Notes: generated by a model from the sequence alone, not told the origin. 24,164 nucleotides of DNA from Spirochaetaceae bacterium (GCA_027858495.1 JAQICO010000151.1:1-24164), one strand, 5' to 3'. Counted from the first letter of the stretch, positions 1 to 7,128 are shown. Numbers and translations: made by a program.

Positions 1-38
1 GAACGTAAGGGGAGAAGAAGGCGGGGGATTTTAAAGGA

Positions 39-266
39 ATGCAGGATAATATATGTGAAAACCCTTGTTTATTCTCTTACATCCTAACGGGTCTCGAAGA
101 CCATAGGAGTTTCGGAAACGCTGCCAACACGGTAAAACCGCTGTTTGATACGAAAGATGAAGCCCATGCTCAAGTCAAGAAGTTGGAGAAAGTATTAGAA
201 GTTATGGTTGCTGAAGATGAGGATGTGAAAATCCTAAAAACTGAGTATGTAATTTTTCCTGTGTAA
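39..266 (+). CDS. Hypothetical 75-aa protein, probably 3'-truncated by the IS256 insertion: its TAA stop lies inside the IS left inverted repeat.
   Basis: ORF from the supplied track. The stop codon 264-266 is part of IR_L (ctgtGTAActgc), so the native C-terminus is probably missing. No recognisable motif. Confidence 0.3.
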   Translation: MQDNICENPCLFSYILTGLEDHRSFGNAANTVKPLFDTKDEAHAQVKKLEKVLEVMVAEDEDVKILKTEYVIFPV

Positions 267-1554
267 CTGCCTTTTCTACTCATCTGAAAATCGATCCCCA
301 TATTCTAGTTGGAATCGGTTCATTGCAGGTTTCCAGTCTCTTAACGGCATAGTCCATTTTTTTGACGCTTGCTGTATGGCTAAGTATATAATTTTAAAGG
401 CCGATCTGTCATTAGGAAATATTCTGCGATTTTTTATAGCTTTCCGGATAACACTATTTAGAGATTCAATAGCATTGGTGGTATAAATGATCTTTCTTAT
501 CTCAAAGGGATAATCAAATATGGTGATTAGATTTTCCCAATGTTTATTCCACATTTTGCTGATGGCTTCATATTGGCTATCCCATTTTTTAGAGAAGTTC
601 TCCAGCTCTCGTTCTGCTTCATCCTGGGTGATAGAGGAGTAGATCGCCTTTAAGTCTCTAGCAGCCTCTTTACGATGTTTGTACGATACATATTTAAGAG
701 AATTACGTACCATATGCACAATACACAGCTGTACTTTAGTTTTAGGGAAAACGGTATTTATTGCTTCTGGAAATCCGGTAAGCCCATCAACGCAGGCTAT
801 GAAAACATCCTTAACACCCCGATTTTGAAGTTCTGTTAGATCAGACAACCAGAATTTGGCCCCTTCATTTTCAGAGATCCAAAGTCCCAGAAGTTCTTTA
901 ATTCCTTCTGTCGTAATGCCTAAGGCAAGATATACAGATTTTTTGATGACTCTTTTATCCTGGTGTACCTTAACGACAATGCAATCCAGATATATGATGG
1001 GATAAAGACTTTCAAGAGGTCGGTTTTGCCAGCGTTCAACTTCTTCTAGAACAGAATCTGTCACCTGCGAAATCAAACTATGAGAAACATCGACTCCTTA
1101 CATTTCATGAAGAGTATCCGCAATGTCTCTTGTGGTTTGACCTTTTGCATAGAGCGTCAGGATTTTTTGATCAAAGCCAAGTAATCTTCTTTGACCCTTT
1201 TTTATGAGTTGGGGTTCAAAATTCGAATCTCGATCTCTGGGTGTTTCAATTTCCAATTCTCCAGAATCCGTTTTGATTTTCTTGGAATTGTAGCCATTGC
1301 GACTATTCTTTTTATTCCGGCCTTCGCTGGAATGTTTTTCATAACCAAGGTGGTTATTCATTTCCGCATCCAAAGCTTTCTGAATGGTAAGCTTCATTAA
1401 CTGCCCCAAGGGACCTCCCAGATCGGCCTCCGTCTTAACTCCCTTGGCAAGTTCCTCTGCCAATTCTTCTAATCGATCTTTGTCTAACATAATACTGCTC
1501 ATTCTAACTCCTTTGCCCGATATGGGCTATTTAGAATTAAGCAGTTACACAGTT
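259..1554 (-). mobile_element. IS256-family insertion sequence, ~1.3 kb, with imperfect terminal inverted repeats.
   Basis: Left end 259-270 'ctgtgtaactgc' and the reverse complement of the right end 1541-1552 'gcagttacacag' match 12/12. A partial match ('ttcta') extends to ~24 bp. The element is ~1296 bp and holds a single Transposase_mut-type ORF. An 8-bp target-site duplication is not evident: flanks are 'aatttttc' versus 'tttaattt'. Confidence 0.75.
276..1502 (-). pseudogene. IS256-family (Mutator-like, DDE) transposase, ~408 codons, interrupted by one in-frame TAA at 1098-1100 (minus strand).
   Basis: The two track ORFs (1098..1502 and 276..1076) are in the same frame. The read-through translation '...KILTLYAKGQTTRDIADTLHEM[*]GVDVSHSLISQVTDSVLEEVERWQNRPLESLYPIIYLDCIVVKV...' matches the IS256 consensus '...LYAKGMSTRDI...EEIYG-EVSP-LIS...WQNRPLE...'. 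The stop replaces the conserved Tyr, consistent with a TAY to TAA change. The downstream 'M' of the second ORF is really an internal TTG Leu codon. The DDE-region motif 'CIVHMVRNSLKYV' is present. Confidence 0.8.
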
Positions 1555-1579
1555 TAATTTACAGACTCTTCTTACTGCT

Positions 1580-1820
1580 TGATCCGGGTGATCCGATGTT
1601 GTAAATCCCCTTCCCTATTCTTCTCCCCTTCCTTCCCATCTGTTCACCGCTCCAAAGCCCGACCCCTAATTTCCCTTCCGAGCCTTCTGTGCTTTCAGTT
1701 GTTTTACTTCCCTCTCCCTTCCCTTCTTCTTCTCCCATACCATCCGTTTGATCCGTGTGATCGGTGGTTAAACTCTTCTCCCCCTTCCCTTCCCATCTGT
1801 GTGATCCGTTGTTTAAAAAA
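1580..1820. repeat. Pyrimidine-rich degenerate direct-repeat tract outside the IS right end. It is GA/G-tract rich on the minus strand.
   Basis: Unit 'tgatccgGgtgatccgatgttgtaaa...ccccttcc(c)ttcccatctgt' sits at 1580-1644. It recurs as 'tgatccgTgtgatcggtggttaaa...cccccttcccttcccatctgt' at 1748-1800, and a partial third copy 'gtgtgatccgttgtttaaaaaa' is at 1799-1820. The repeat phase is ~168 bp. The + strand is about 75% C+T. The minus strand carries runs such as GGGAAGGGAAGGGGG and GGG-N10-GGG-AA-GGG-AGAG-GGG. Confidence 0.5.
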
Positions 1821-1877
1821 GAGAGCCGAAAACTGATCTCTCGAACTGTGAAGATCGGATGGAAATAATACTTACTA

Positions 1878-2102
1878 CTAGTCTAATTTATTAGGATTGA
1901 GAGTTACATTTTTTGCATCCACATCTTCGACTCCCATCAGTTTGTCCCAAATAATTTTTGCCTCTGGAGTATTGTTGAATTCATATGATTTCCCGTTAAG
2001 AATAATAAATCTTCCATCTATTTGCATTGTTGCAAGTCTATCGGTTTCAATGACAAGCTCACCTTTTCCTCTCCATCCCTTTGTGTCTATCTTGATTTTC
2101 AT
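1878..2102 (-). CDS. Hypothetical small protein (74 aa), no recognisable domain.
   Basis: Intact ORF with a good RBS (ggagaaaaaATG on the minus strand) and a sigma70-like promoter directly upstream. Sequence 'MKIKIDTKGWRGKGELVIETDRLATMQIDGRFIILNGKSYEFNN...' is not assignable to a family by eye. Confidence 0.5.
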   Translation of the reverse strand: MKIKIDTKGWRGKGELVIETDRLATMQIDGRFIILNGKSYEFNNTPEAKIIWDKLMGVEDVDAKNVTLNPNKLD

Positions 2103-2117
2103 TTTTTCTCCATTGAT

Positions 2118-2145
2118 ATTCTATCAAATCGTATGTTAATTACAA
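2118..2145 (-). promoter_or_regulatory. Putative sigma70-type promoter for the 74-aa gene: TTGTAA - 16 nt - TAGAAT on the minus strand.
   Basis: Minus-strand sequence reads 'TTGTAAttaacatacgatttgaTAGAATatcaatggagaaaaaATG'. The -10 element sits ~17 nt upstream of the start codon. Confidence 0.3.
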
Positions 2146-2657
2146 TAAACTCCATACCATAGGCAATCATAAAATCATTATACGGTGACTTTTTTTATTT
2201 TGCAGGTGAATCCCTTTTTTACTGTGTAAGAGTGTAACCAGAATATCTCCAGTAGGAATGACCATGTTTCAGAATCTATAGAGCATACAGATTTTTCAGC
2301 TGGTGATTACCCCCTTTCTACTGCTAACCATCCGTATACCAGTTGGGATGATTAAGGGCCTTTAATATTCTGATGAGACAGACTCAGAGGGGGTAGCTTT
2401 CATTTTGCCTGACAGTTATCACCTTGAGTCTAATCTTTAAACAGAAGAGAATAGAAATCACATACGTTAATGATTTATCAAGGACAAATCGATTATCTGC
2501 AGAAACTTGTTCTGGAAACATACTAATAGATCCTACTTTTACTGATCCAGAGAACTCTGACTATACTTTGTCTTCAATCCGGAACTTCAAGCATTACTTC
2601 CAGGACAAAAAAAGGTACCCTGTCATCTGTTGTCAAAAAAACAGCCACACCGACTGA

Positions 2658-2762
2658 TTAACAGGAAGCCAGATGCAGAGCATCATAGGCTGTAAATCCT
2701 TTTTTGCACAGCTGAAGACTTCTTTTTTCAATCTCATCGGTTAACTCAATCACTTCAGACAT
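2658..2762 (-). pseudogene. Possible remnant of a PIN-domain (VapC-like) toxin gene: a 34-aa ORF ending in a YDAxHLA motif.
   Basis: Minus-strand translation is 'MSEVIELTDEIEKRSLQLCKKGFTAYDALHLASC*'. The 'aYDAlhLA' segment resembles the third acidic-residue motif of PIN/VapC domains. The frame has a stop 10 codons upstream and there is no RBS. The ORF is far too short for a PIN domain (~130 aa), so this is at best a fragment. Confidence 0.2.
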
Positions 2763-2852
2763 ATCTTTGCAGAGTGCTAGCATATCCTTCTAAGCGAGCA
2801 AATAATTTTCTAGAAACTAATACTTAAGCAAAAAAAATTAGATTTAACCCCT

Positions 2853-2879
2853 TGATTATTTTTCCAAATGCTTTAATAT
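2853..2879 (+). promoter_or_regulatory. Putative promoter of the tetR-led operon: TTGATT - 15 nt - TAATAT.
   Basis: Sigma70-like hexamers 2853-2858 and 2874-2879 lie immediately upstream of, and overlapping, the 36-bp palindrome, ~55 nt before the TetR ATG. Confidence 0.35.
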
Positions 2880-2914
2880 GAACCTATTCACGAATGCATT
2901 CACGAATAGGTTCA
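2879..2914 (+). promoter_or_regulatory. 36-bp near-perfect palindromic operator, the probable TetR autoregulatory site.
   Basis: Sequence is 'TGAACCTATTC-acg-AATGCATT-cac-GAATAGGTTCA'. The 11-bp outer arms are perfect inverted repeats and the central 8-bp 'AATGCATT' is self-complementary. A direct repeat 'ttcacgaat' is nested inside. It lies between the -10 element and the RBS 'agggag' of the TetR gene. Confidence 0.5.
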
Positions 2915-2931
2915 TGGATTAGGGAGATTAC

Positions 2932-3546
2932 ATGGGAAAGCGTAATGAAAAAAAGGAAGAGATAAAAAATAGAATACTTCAGGGAGCCGGTGAGGTTTTT
3001 GAAGTAATGGGTTTTGAAGATGCCACCATGCAGGAGATTGCCAGGAAAGCTGAGGTTGGCCTTGGAACCGCTTATAACTATTTCAAATCCAAGGAAGAGC
3101 TGTATATGCTTACTTTGGCAGATAAAATGAATCAGACCACTGGCGCTCCCATTGACGTTGAGGACAATTCACTTTCTGGTGCAGATATGGTTTGTCAGCA
3201 GATAATTAAACAGCTAAATACCCTGAAGCATATCCCCAAAAGCGTCTGGAAAACAGTTTTTGGTATATCCTTTAACTCTATGAAAAGGGATAAGTCTTTG
3301 CTGAAAAAAATTATGATGGCCGATTATCAGGCCATGGATAAAATTGCCCAATTGATTGATCTGTTAAATAAGAAAGGAAGTCTACAAGTCCAGGAAGACC
3401 CTAAAGTAATATCAGAAATCATTTACGGCTCTCTTTTTTTAGATATCATGATGTTTGTTTTTGAAGAGGAAAGAACCTTTCAGGAAACCTGTGATGCCAT
3501 ATGTAAAAAAATTCACTTTATTTTAGGGGAAAAACTTGATTTCTAA
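2932..3546 (+). CDS. TetR/AcrR-family transcriptional regulator (204 aa).
   Basis: The N-terminal HTH 'AGEVFEVMGFEDATMQEIARKAEVGLGTAYNYFKSKEELY' is a classic TetR_N signature. RBS is 'agggagattacATG'. A palindromic operator lies immediately upstream. Confidence 0.85.
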   Translation: MGKRNEKKEEIKNRILQGAGEVFEVMGFEDATMQEIARKAEVGLGTAYNYFKSKEELYMLTLADKMNQTTGAPIDVEDNSLSGADMVCQQIIKQLNTLKHIPKSVWKTVFGISFNSMKRDKSLLKKIMMADYQAMDKIAQLIDLLNKKGSLQVQEDPKVISEIIYGSLFLDIMMFVFEEERTFQETCDAICKKIHFILGEKLDF

Positions 3547-3566
3547 GAAAGGGTGTATTATTATAT

Positions 3567-3592
3567 TATTGTACTGTAGCACTAGTACAATA
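3567..3592 (+). promoter_or_regulatory. 26-bp palindrome TATTGTACT-N8-AGTACAATA in the 5' UTR of the GntR/YtrA gene; candidate GntR-type operator.
   Basis: The 9-bp arms are perfect inverted repeats with a GT...AC core, as expected for GntR-family operators. They sit directly before the RBS 'ggag' (3593-3596) and the ATG at 3603. A 'tattatt' direct repeat lies just upstream. Confidence 0.45.
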
Positions 3593-3602
3593 GGAGCTTT
3601 GA

Positions 3603-3989
3603 ATGGAAGAGCTTAAAAAACTGGAATTTCGTTTGGATCCCAAAGGGGGAGTTCCTTTCTACAAGCAGATTATTCTTCAAGTTGAGATGGCCATTGCAGA
3701 CGGTCGCTTGATTTCTGGAGAGCAGCTTCCTACTGTCCGGGGTCTGGCGGTGGATTTAAAGATTAATCCTAATACTGTTGCCAGGGCATATAACGAAATG
3801 GAGATTCGAGGAATCGTCAACACTCAACAGGGAACAGGAACCTTTATCAGCGATAGAGAAATTTCCATGACCGATGTGGAGCGTGAGAAAATCCTTACGG
3901 AATTGGTCCGTTCCTTTGTGGCACAGGCTGCTTCCTACGGTTTAACCCAGCAGGATCTATTGGAGTATTTACAGGAGGTTAAGTTATGA
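3603..3989 (+). CDS. GntR-family transcriptional regulator, short YtrA-like subfamily (128 aa).
   Basis: wHTH 'YKQIILQVEMAIADGRLISGEQLPTVRGLAVDLKINPNTVARAYNEMEIRGIVNTQQGTGTFIS' is typical of GntR N-termini. The short C-terminal region is characteristic of YtrA-type regulators, which usually govern adjacent ABC-transporter operons. Confidence 0.85.
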   Translation: MEELKKLEFRLDPKGGVPFYKQIILQVEMAIADGRLISGEQLPTVRGLAVDLKINPNTVARAYNEMEIRGIVNTQQGTGTFISDREISMTDVEREKILTELVRSFVAQAASYGLTQQDLLEYLQEVKL

Positions 3990-4014
3990 CGTCACTTTTT
4001 AGGGGGAACGTAAA

Positions 4015-5127
4015 ATGAATAGTTTACTGTTAAAAAAATTCGATAAAATAAAAAATATACAGGATAAGGCTATTCCTAAGGATTTTTCCTTCAACGGATT
4101 CTCCTGGATGGTTTTAATGGTTTTCTTAAGCGGAGGAATTTTCCTTCAATGGCTTTTAGGTCTCTTTCCAGAAACCCTGGAACTGATTGAAATCTGCGGT
4201 GCCTTTGTAGGTGCAGCTCTGCTTTTATCCCTGCTTGGCCAATGGACCGTTTTGCTGGTTGCATTAATGGTCCTATGGGGCGGCATTTATTATCAGCAGG
4301 GGCTTCAGTCTCCCTGGCTATTGATAACAGCCTCCATGGGACTCATTCTTGCCGCGTCCTTTCAGCTGGTTTACCAATGGGACAAGGTGGTGGTTTTGCG
4401 GATGGGCAAATTTAAAAAGGTCCATGGCCCGGGGCTTTTTTTAATGCTGCCGTTGTTGGACCGAATCGCTTCATTCATCGATACCCGTATACGCGCCACA
4501 GATTTTTCTGCGGAAAAATCCCTAACCATGGATACTGTACCGGTTCATGTGGATGCCCTGTGTTTCTGGATGATCTGGGATGCCCAGAAGGCTATTCTGG
4601 AGGTGGAAAATTATATAGAAGCGGTAACCCTATCTGCACAAACAGCTCTTAGAGACAGTATCGGCCATCATGATTTACATACCCTGCTTTCCGATCGAAG
4701 GGAATTAAGCCTGGAAATCCAGAAGGTTCTTGATGGAAAGACCAATTCCTGGGGTATTAGTATTTTATCGGTGGAATTTACGGAAATCATCATACCTCAG
4801 GAATTGGAGGATGCCATGAGTAAACAGGCTCAGGCGGAACGGGAGAGGAAATCCCGGGTCATATTAAGTCAGGCAGAGGTTGAAGTGGCCCGGGAATTTA
4901 AGAAGGCTGCGGATATCTATAGAGACGATCCCACGGCCCTGCAAATACGTTCCATGAACATGGTCTACGATGGATTAAAGCAAAAGAAGGGTTCTTTAAT
5001 GGTTTTACCTTCTTCGGCATTGGATCAGATGAATTTGGGTACCGTAATGGGAATGCAAGCCCAAAAAGAGATTAAAGAGATGGAAGAAAAGATAAGGGAA
5101 ACAGAGATAGAAGGAGGCAATAAATGA
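4015..5127 (+). CDS. SPFH/Band-7 (stomatin/prohibitin-like) membrane protein with an extended multi-TM N-terminus (370 aa).
   Basis: Residues ~30-120 hold 3-4 predicted TM helices (FSWMVLMVFLSGGIFLQWLLGLF, LIEICGAFVGAALLLSLLG, WTVLLVALMVLWGGIYY, WLLITASMGLILAASFQLVY). A Band_7 core follows ('VVVLRMGKFKKVHGPGLFLMLPLLDRIASFIDTRIRATDF...DALCFWMIWDAQKAILEVENYIEAVTLSAQTALRDSIGHHDLHTLLSDRRELSLEIQKVL...ILSVEFTEIIIPQELEDAMSKQAQAERERKSRVILSQAEVEVAREFKKAADIY'), ending in a coiled-coil E/K-rich tail. RBS is 'tagggggaacgtaaaATG'. Its stop overlaps the downstream ATPase start (ATGA). Confidence 0.8.
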   Translation: MNSLLLKKFDKIKNIQDKAIPKDFSFNGFSWMVLMVFLSGGIFLQWLLGLFPETLELIEICGAFVGAALLLSLLGQWTVLLVALMVLWGGIYYQQGLQSPWLLITASMGLILAASFQLVYQWDKVVVLRMGKFKKVHGPGLFLMLPLLDRIASFIDTRIRATDFSAEKSLTMDTVPVHVDALCFWMIWDAQKAILEVENYIEAVTLSAQTALRDSIGHHDLHTLLSDRRELSLEIQKVLDGKTNSWGISILSVEFTEIIIPQELEDAMSKQAQAERERKSRVILSQAEVEVAREFKKAADIYRDDPTALQIRSMNMVYDGLKQKKGSLMVLPSSALDQMNLGTVMGMQAQKEIKEMEEKIRETEIEGGNK

Positions 5128-5804
5128 TAGCCATTAATGATGTGAAACGAACCTATATCAGCGGTGATGTGAAGGTTCAAGCACTAAAAGGGGTTAACTT
5201 AACCATAGAAAAGGGAGATTTTATCTCCATTGCAGGGCCCTCGGGTTCCGGAAAAACCACATTGCTCAATCTGGTTGGCTGTATCGATAAAATCGACAGC
5301 GGAACCATCACCATTGATGATGTGGATGTGACCTCCATGAGTAAAGAAGAAAAGGCCTATTTTAGGAGAGACACCCTGGGATTTATCTTTCAGAGTTATA
5401 ATTTGATACCCGTTTTAACGTCATATGAAAATATTGCCTTTGCTCTAAATTTACTGGATGTGGATGACAAAGAAATTAAAGAACGCACCATGGAAATTCT
5501 CAAGGAAGTAGGACTGGAAGGCATGGAAGATCGCCGGCCCAACCGGCTTTCAGGAGGACAGCAGCAGCGAGTAGCCATTGCAAGAGCCTTGGTGAAACAG
5601 CCCAAGATTATTCTTGCCGACGAACCCACAGCCAATCTGGATTCCCATACCGGTGAAGAAATTCTAACACTGATGGAAGAAATGAACCAGAAACACAAAA
5701 CCACCTTTGTTTTTTCCACCCATGACAAAATGGTTATGGATTATGCCCACCGTTTAGTGGAATTACACGATGGAGTGATTAAGAGCGATATAAGACGCAA
5801 GTAA
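5124..5804 (+). CDS. ABC transporter ATP-binding protein, MacB/LolD/FtsE-type (226 aa).
   Basis: Walker A 'GPSGSGKTTLLNLVG', signature 'LSGGQQQRVAIARAL' and Walker B 'ILADEPTANLD' are present, plus the H-loop 'FSTHD'. RBS is 'gaaggagg'. A 4-bp ATGA overlap with the SPFH gene indicates translational coupling. Confidence 0.9.
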   Translation: MIAINDVKRTYISGDVKVQALKGVNLTIEKGDFISIAGPSGSGKTTLLNLVGCIDKIDSGTITIDDVDVTSMSKEEKAYFRRDTLGFIFQSYNLIPVLTSYENIAFALNLLDVDDKEIKERTMEILKEVGLEGMEDRRPNRLSGGQQQRVAIARALVKQPKIILADEPTANLDSHTGEEILTLMEEMNQKHKTTFVFSTHDKMVMDYAHRLVELHDGVIKSDIRRK

Positions 5805-5816
5805 AAGGAGGGCGCC

Positions 5817-7070
5817 ATGAAAGGATTGGTTTCCCTGGGATTAAAAAATATTCTGCGGTATAAACGCAGAACCATTATAACTGCCCTTGCCATCGGCATG
5901 GGTTTGATGATGTTCATATTAACCGATTCCATGCTGAAGGGTCTCAGCCTGGATTCTGAATTAAGTATTATAAAATACGAGGTTGGAGCGGGACGAATAG
6001 TCACTTCGGAGTATGCCGAGGACTTTGAGGATATGCCGTTAAAAGAAACCCTGGATCCTTCGGTGATGGCTAAGTTAGAGCAAGGTGATTTTATTTGGGC
6101 GCCCCGAATAGAATTTACCGCTGAGATGGTTTTTCGTAAAGATCCCTATCCTGTCTCGGGCCATATCAATGTCCGGGTAACCGCAGTGGATCCCCAACGG
6201 GATATACAGGTCTTTGATTTAGAGAATTTCCTCATTGAGGGAAGATATCCCTTTCCTCAGGAAGAGGGTGTTGTTCTGGGAAGCTGGCTGGCGGAAGATA
6301 TGGGAATTCACTTGGGCTACCCCGTAGATTTGAGTATTCAAACACGCTTTGGAGGCCAGGAGTTGATGGAACTGACGGTGGTTGGAATTGTGGAGAGTCC
6401 CGATTCCATGATCAATCGTGGCTTGGTAATGGTTCCATTAAAAGTAGCTCAGGATTATCTGGAGATGGATGGTCAGGTAACTCAAATCGCGGTGAAGGCT
6501 CCCATGTGGCGTTCTTTGGAGAATGGAGACCTACGGAGGCTGAAGGATTTACTTCAGGGGACAAATGGAGAATTCTATCCCTGGGAATTCTGGTCTCAGG
6601 ATTTTCTTTCCATAGCCGAGGGAAAACAAACCTCTGCCTCCACCATTCTTTTTCTTGTATTTATCATTGCTGCGGTGGGAATCTCCAACACCGTGTTAAT
6701 GAGTATTTTCGAACGGGTTCGAGAGCTGGGGATGATGCGGGCCTTAGGTCTGACCGAAAGGGATGTCCGGCTGCTCTTTTTAATAGAATCCGGAGCCATC
6801 GGTTTACTTGGATCCATCCTGGGTGTGATCATGGGCATTTTAGTTACCTGGGGAATGGTTACAAAGGGTATCGATTATTCCAGCTATACCGATATATTGC
6901 GGGAGCAGAATATGGGATACCGAATGGCCAGCGTGTTTTATGGTGTTTGGGTGCCCCAAACCATGATATTGGCGGCGGTGTTTGGCGTGGTTTTATGTGT
7001 TGTCATCGCCTGGTTTTCCACAAAAAAGATTAATCGTCTGGAGATAACCCAGTGTCTGAGGTTCCAGTGA
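5817..7070 (+). CDS. ABC transporter permease, FtsX/MacB/LolC-E family, with a large periplasmic domain (417 aa); permease 1.
   Basis: N-terminal TM 'LKNILRYKRRTIITALAIGMGLMMFILTDSMLKG', then a ~220-aa extracytoplasmic domain. A C-terminal 3-TM FtsX module follows ('ILFLVFIIAAVGISNTVLMSIFERVRELGMMRALGLTERDVRLLFLIESGAIGLLGSILGVIMGIL'). RBS is 'aaggaggg'. Confidence 0.85.
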   Translation: MKGLVSLGLKNILRYKRRTIITALAIGMGLMMFILTDSMLKGLSLDSELSIIKYEVGAGRIVTSEYAEDFEDMPLKETLDPSVMAKLEQGDFIWAPRIEFTAEMVFRKDPYPVSGHINVRVTAVDPQRDIQVFDLENFLIEGRYPFPQEEGVVLGSWLAEDMGIHLGYPVDLSIQTRFGGQELMELTVVGIVESPDSMINRGLVMVPLKVAQDYLEMDGQVTQIAVKAPMWRSLENGDLRRLKDLLQGTNGEFYPWEFWSQDFLSIAEGKQTSASTILFLVFIIAAVGISNTVLMSIFERVRELGMMRALGLTERDVRLLFLIESGAIGLLGSILGVIMGILVTWGMVTKGIDYSSYTDILREQNMGYRMASVFYGVWVPQTMILAAVFGVVLCVVIAWFSTKKINRLEITQCLRFQ

Positions 7071-7128
7071 TGAAACAATATAATTTTGGACCCCTTGGGT
7101 CAAAAGAAAGAAGTATAGGAGGGTTAGA

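Noticed and set aside
1191-1400. 69-aa + strand ORF antisense to the transposase
   Set aside because: Fully embedded antisense to a confidently assigned IS256 transposase. Typical spurious ORF.
251-1560. 8-bp target-site duplication for the IS256 element
   Set aside because: Flanks 'aatttttc' (left) and 'tttaattt' (right) do not match. Only a loose 'taattt' similarity exists, so no TSD is claimed.
1579-1836. 85-aa + strand ORF 'MIRVIRCCKSPSLFFSPSFPS…' overlapping the CT-rich repeats
   Set aside because: Low-complexity P/S/L/F-rich translation generated by the pyrimidine repeat tract. No RBS and not protein-like.
2355-2400. 'CUGAUGA' hammerhead-ribozyme-like core motif (ctgatgagacagactcagaggggg)
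   Set aside because: No adjacent GAAA, no stem II/III complementarity and no cleavage-site context. The match is limited to a single heptamer.
2424-2657. 77-aa + strand ORF in the tetR-upstream gap
   Set aside because: No RBS, odd composition, no motif. More likely non-coding accessory DNA, which may contain frameshifted remnants (see PIN fragment).
3988-3995. Perfect 8-bp palindrome TGACGTCA between the GntR and SPFH genes
   Set aside because: Too short to be meaningful on its own. It may simply overlap the stop codon/RBS region.
5396-7033. Antisense or alternative-frame ORFs inside the ABC ATPase and permease genes (5396..5728 -, 5741..6004 -, 6506..7033 +, 6596..6838 -)
   Set aside because: Embedded in genes with strong motif support. 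Translations are low-complexity or Arg/Ser-rich, typical of off-frame reading.
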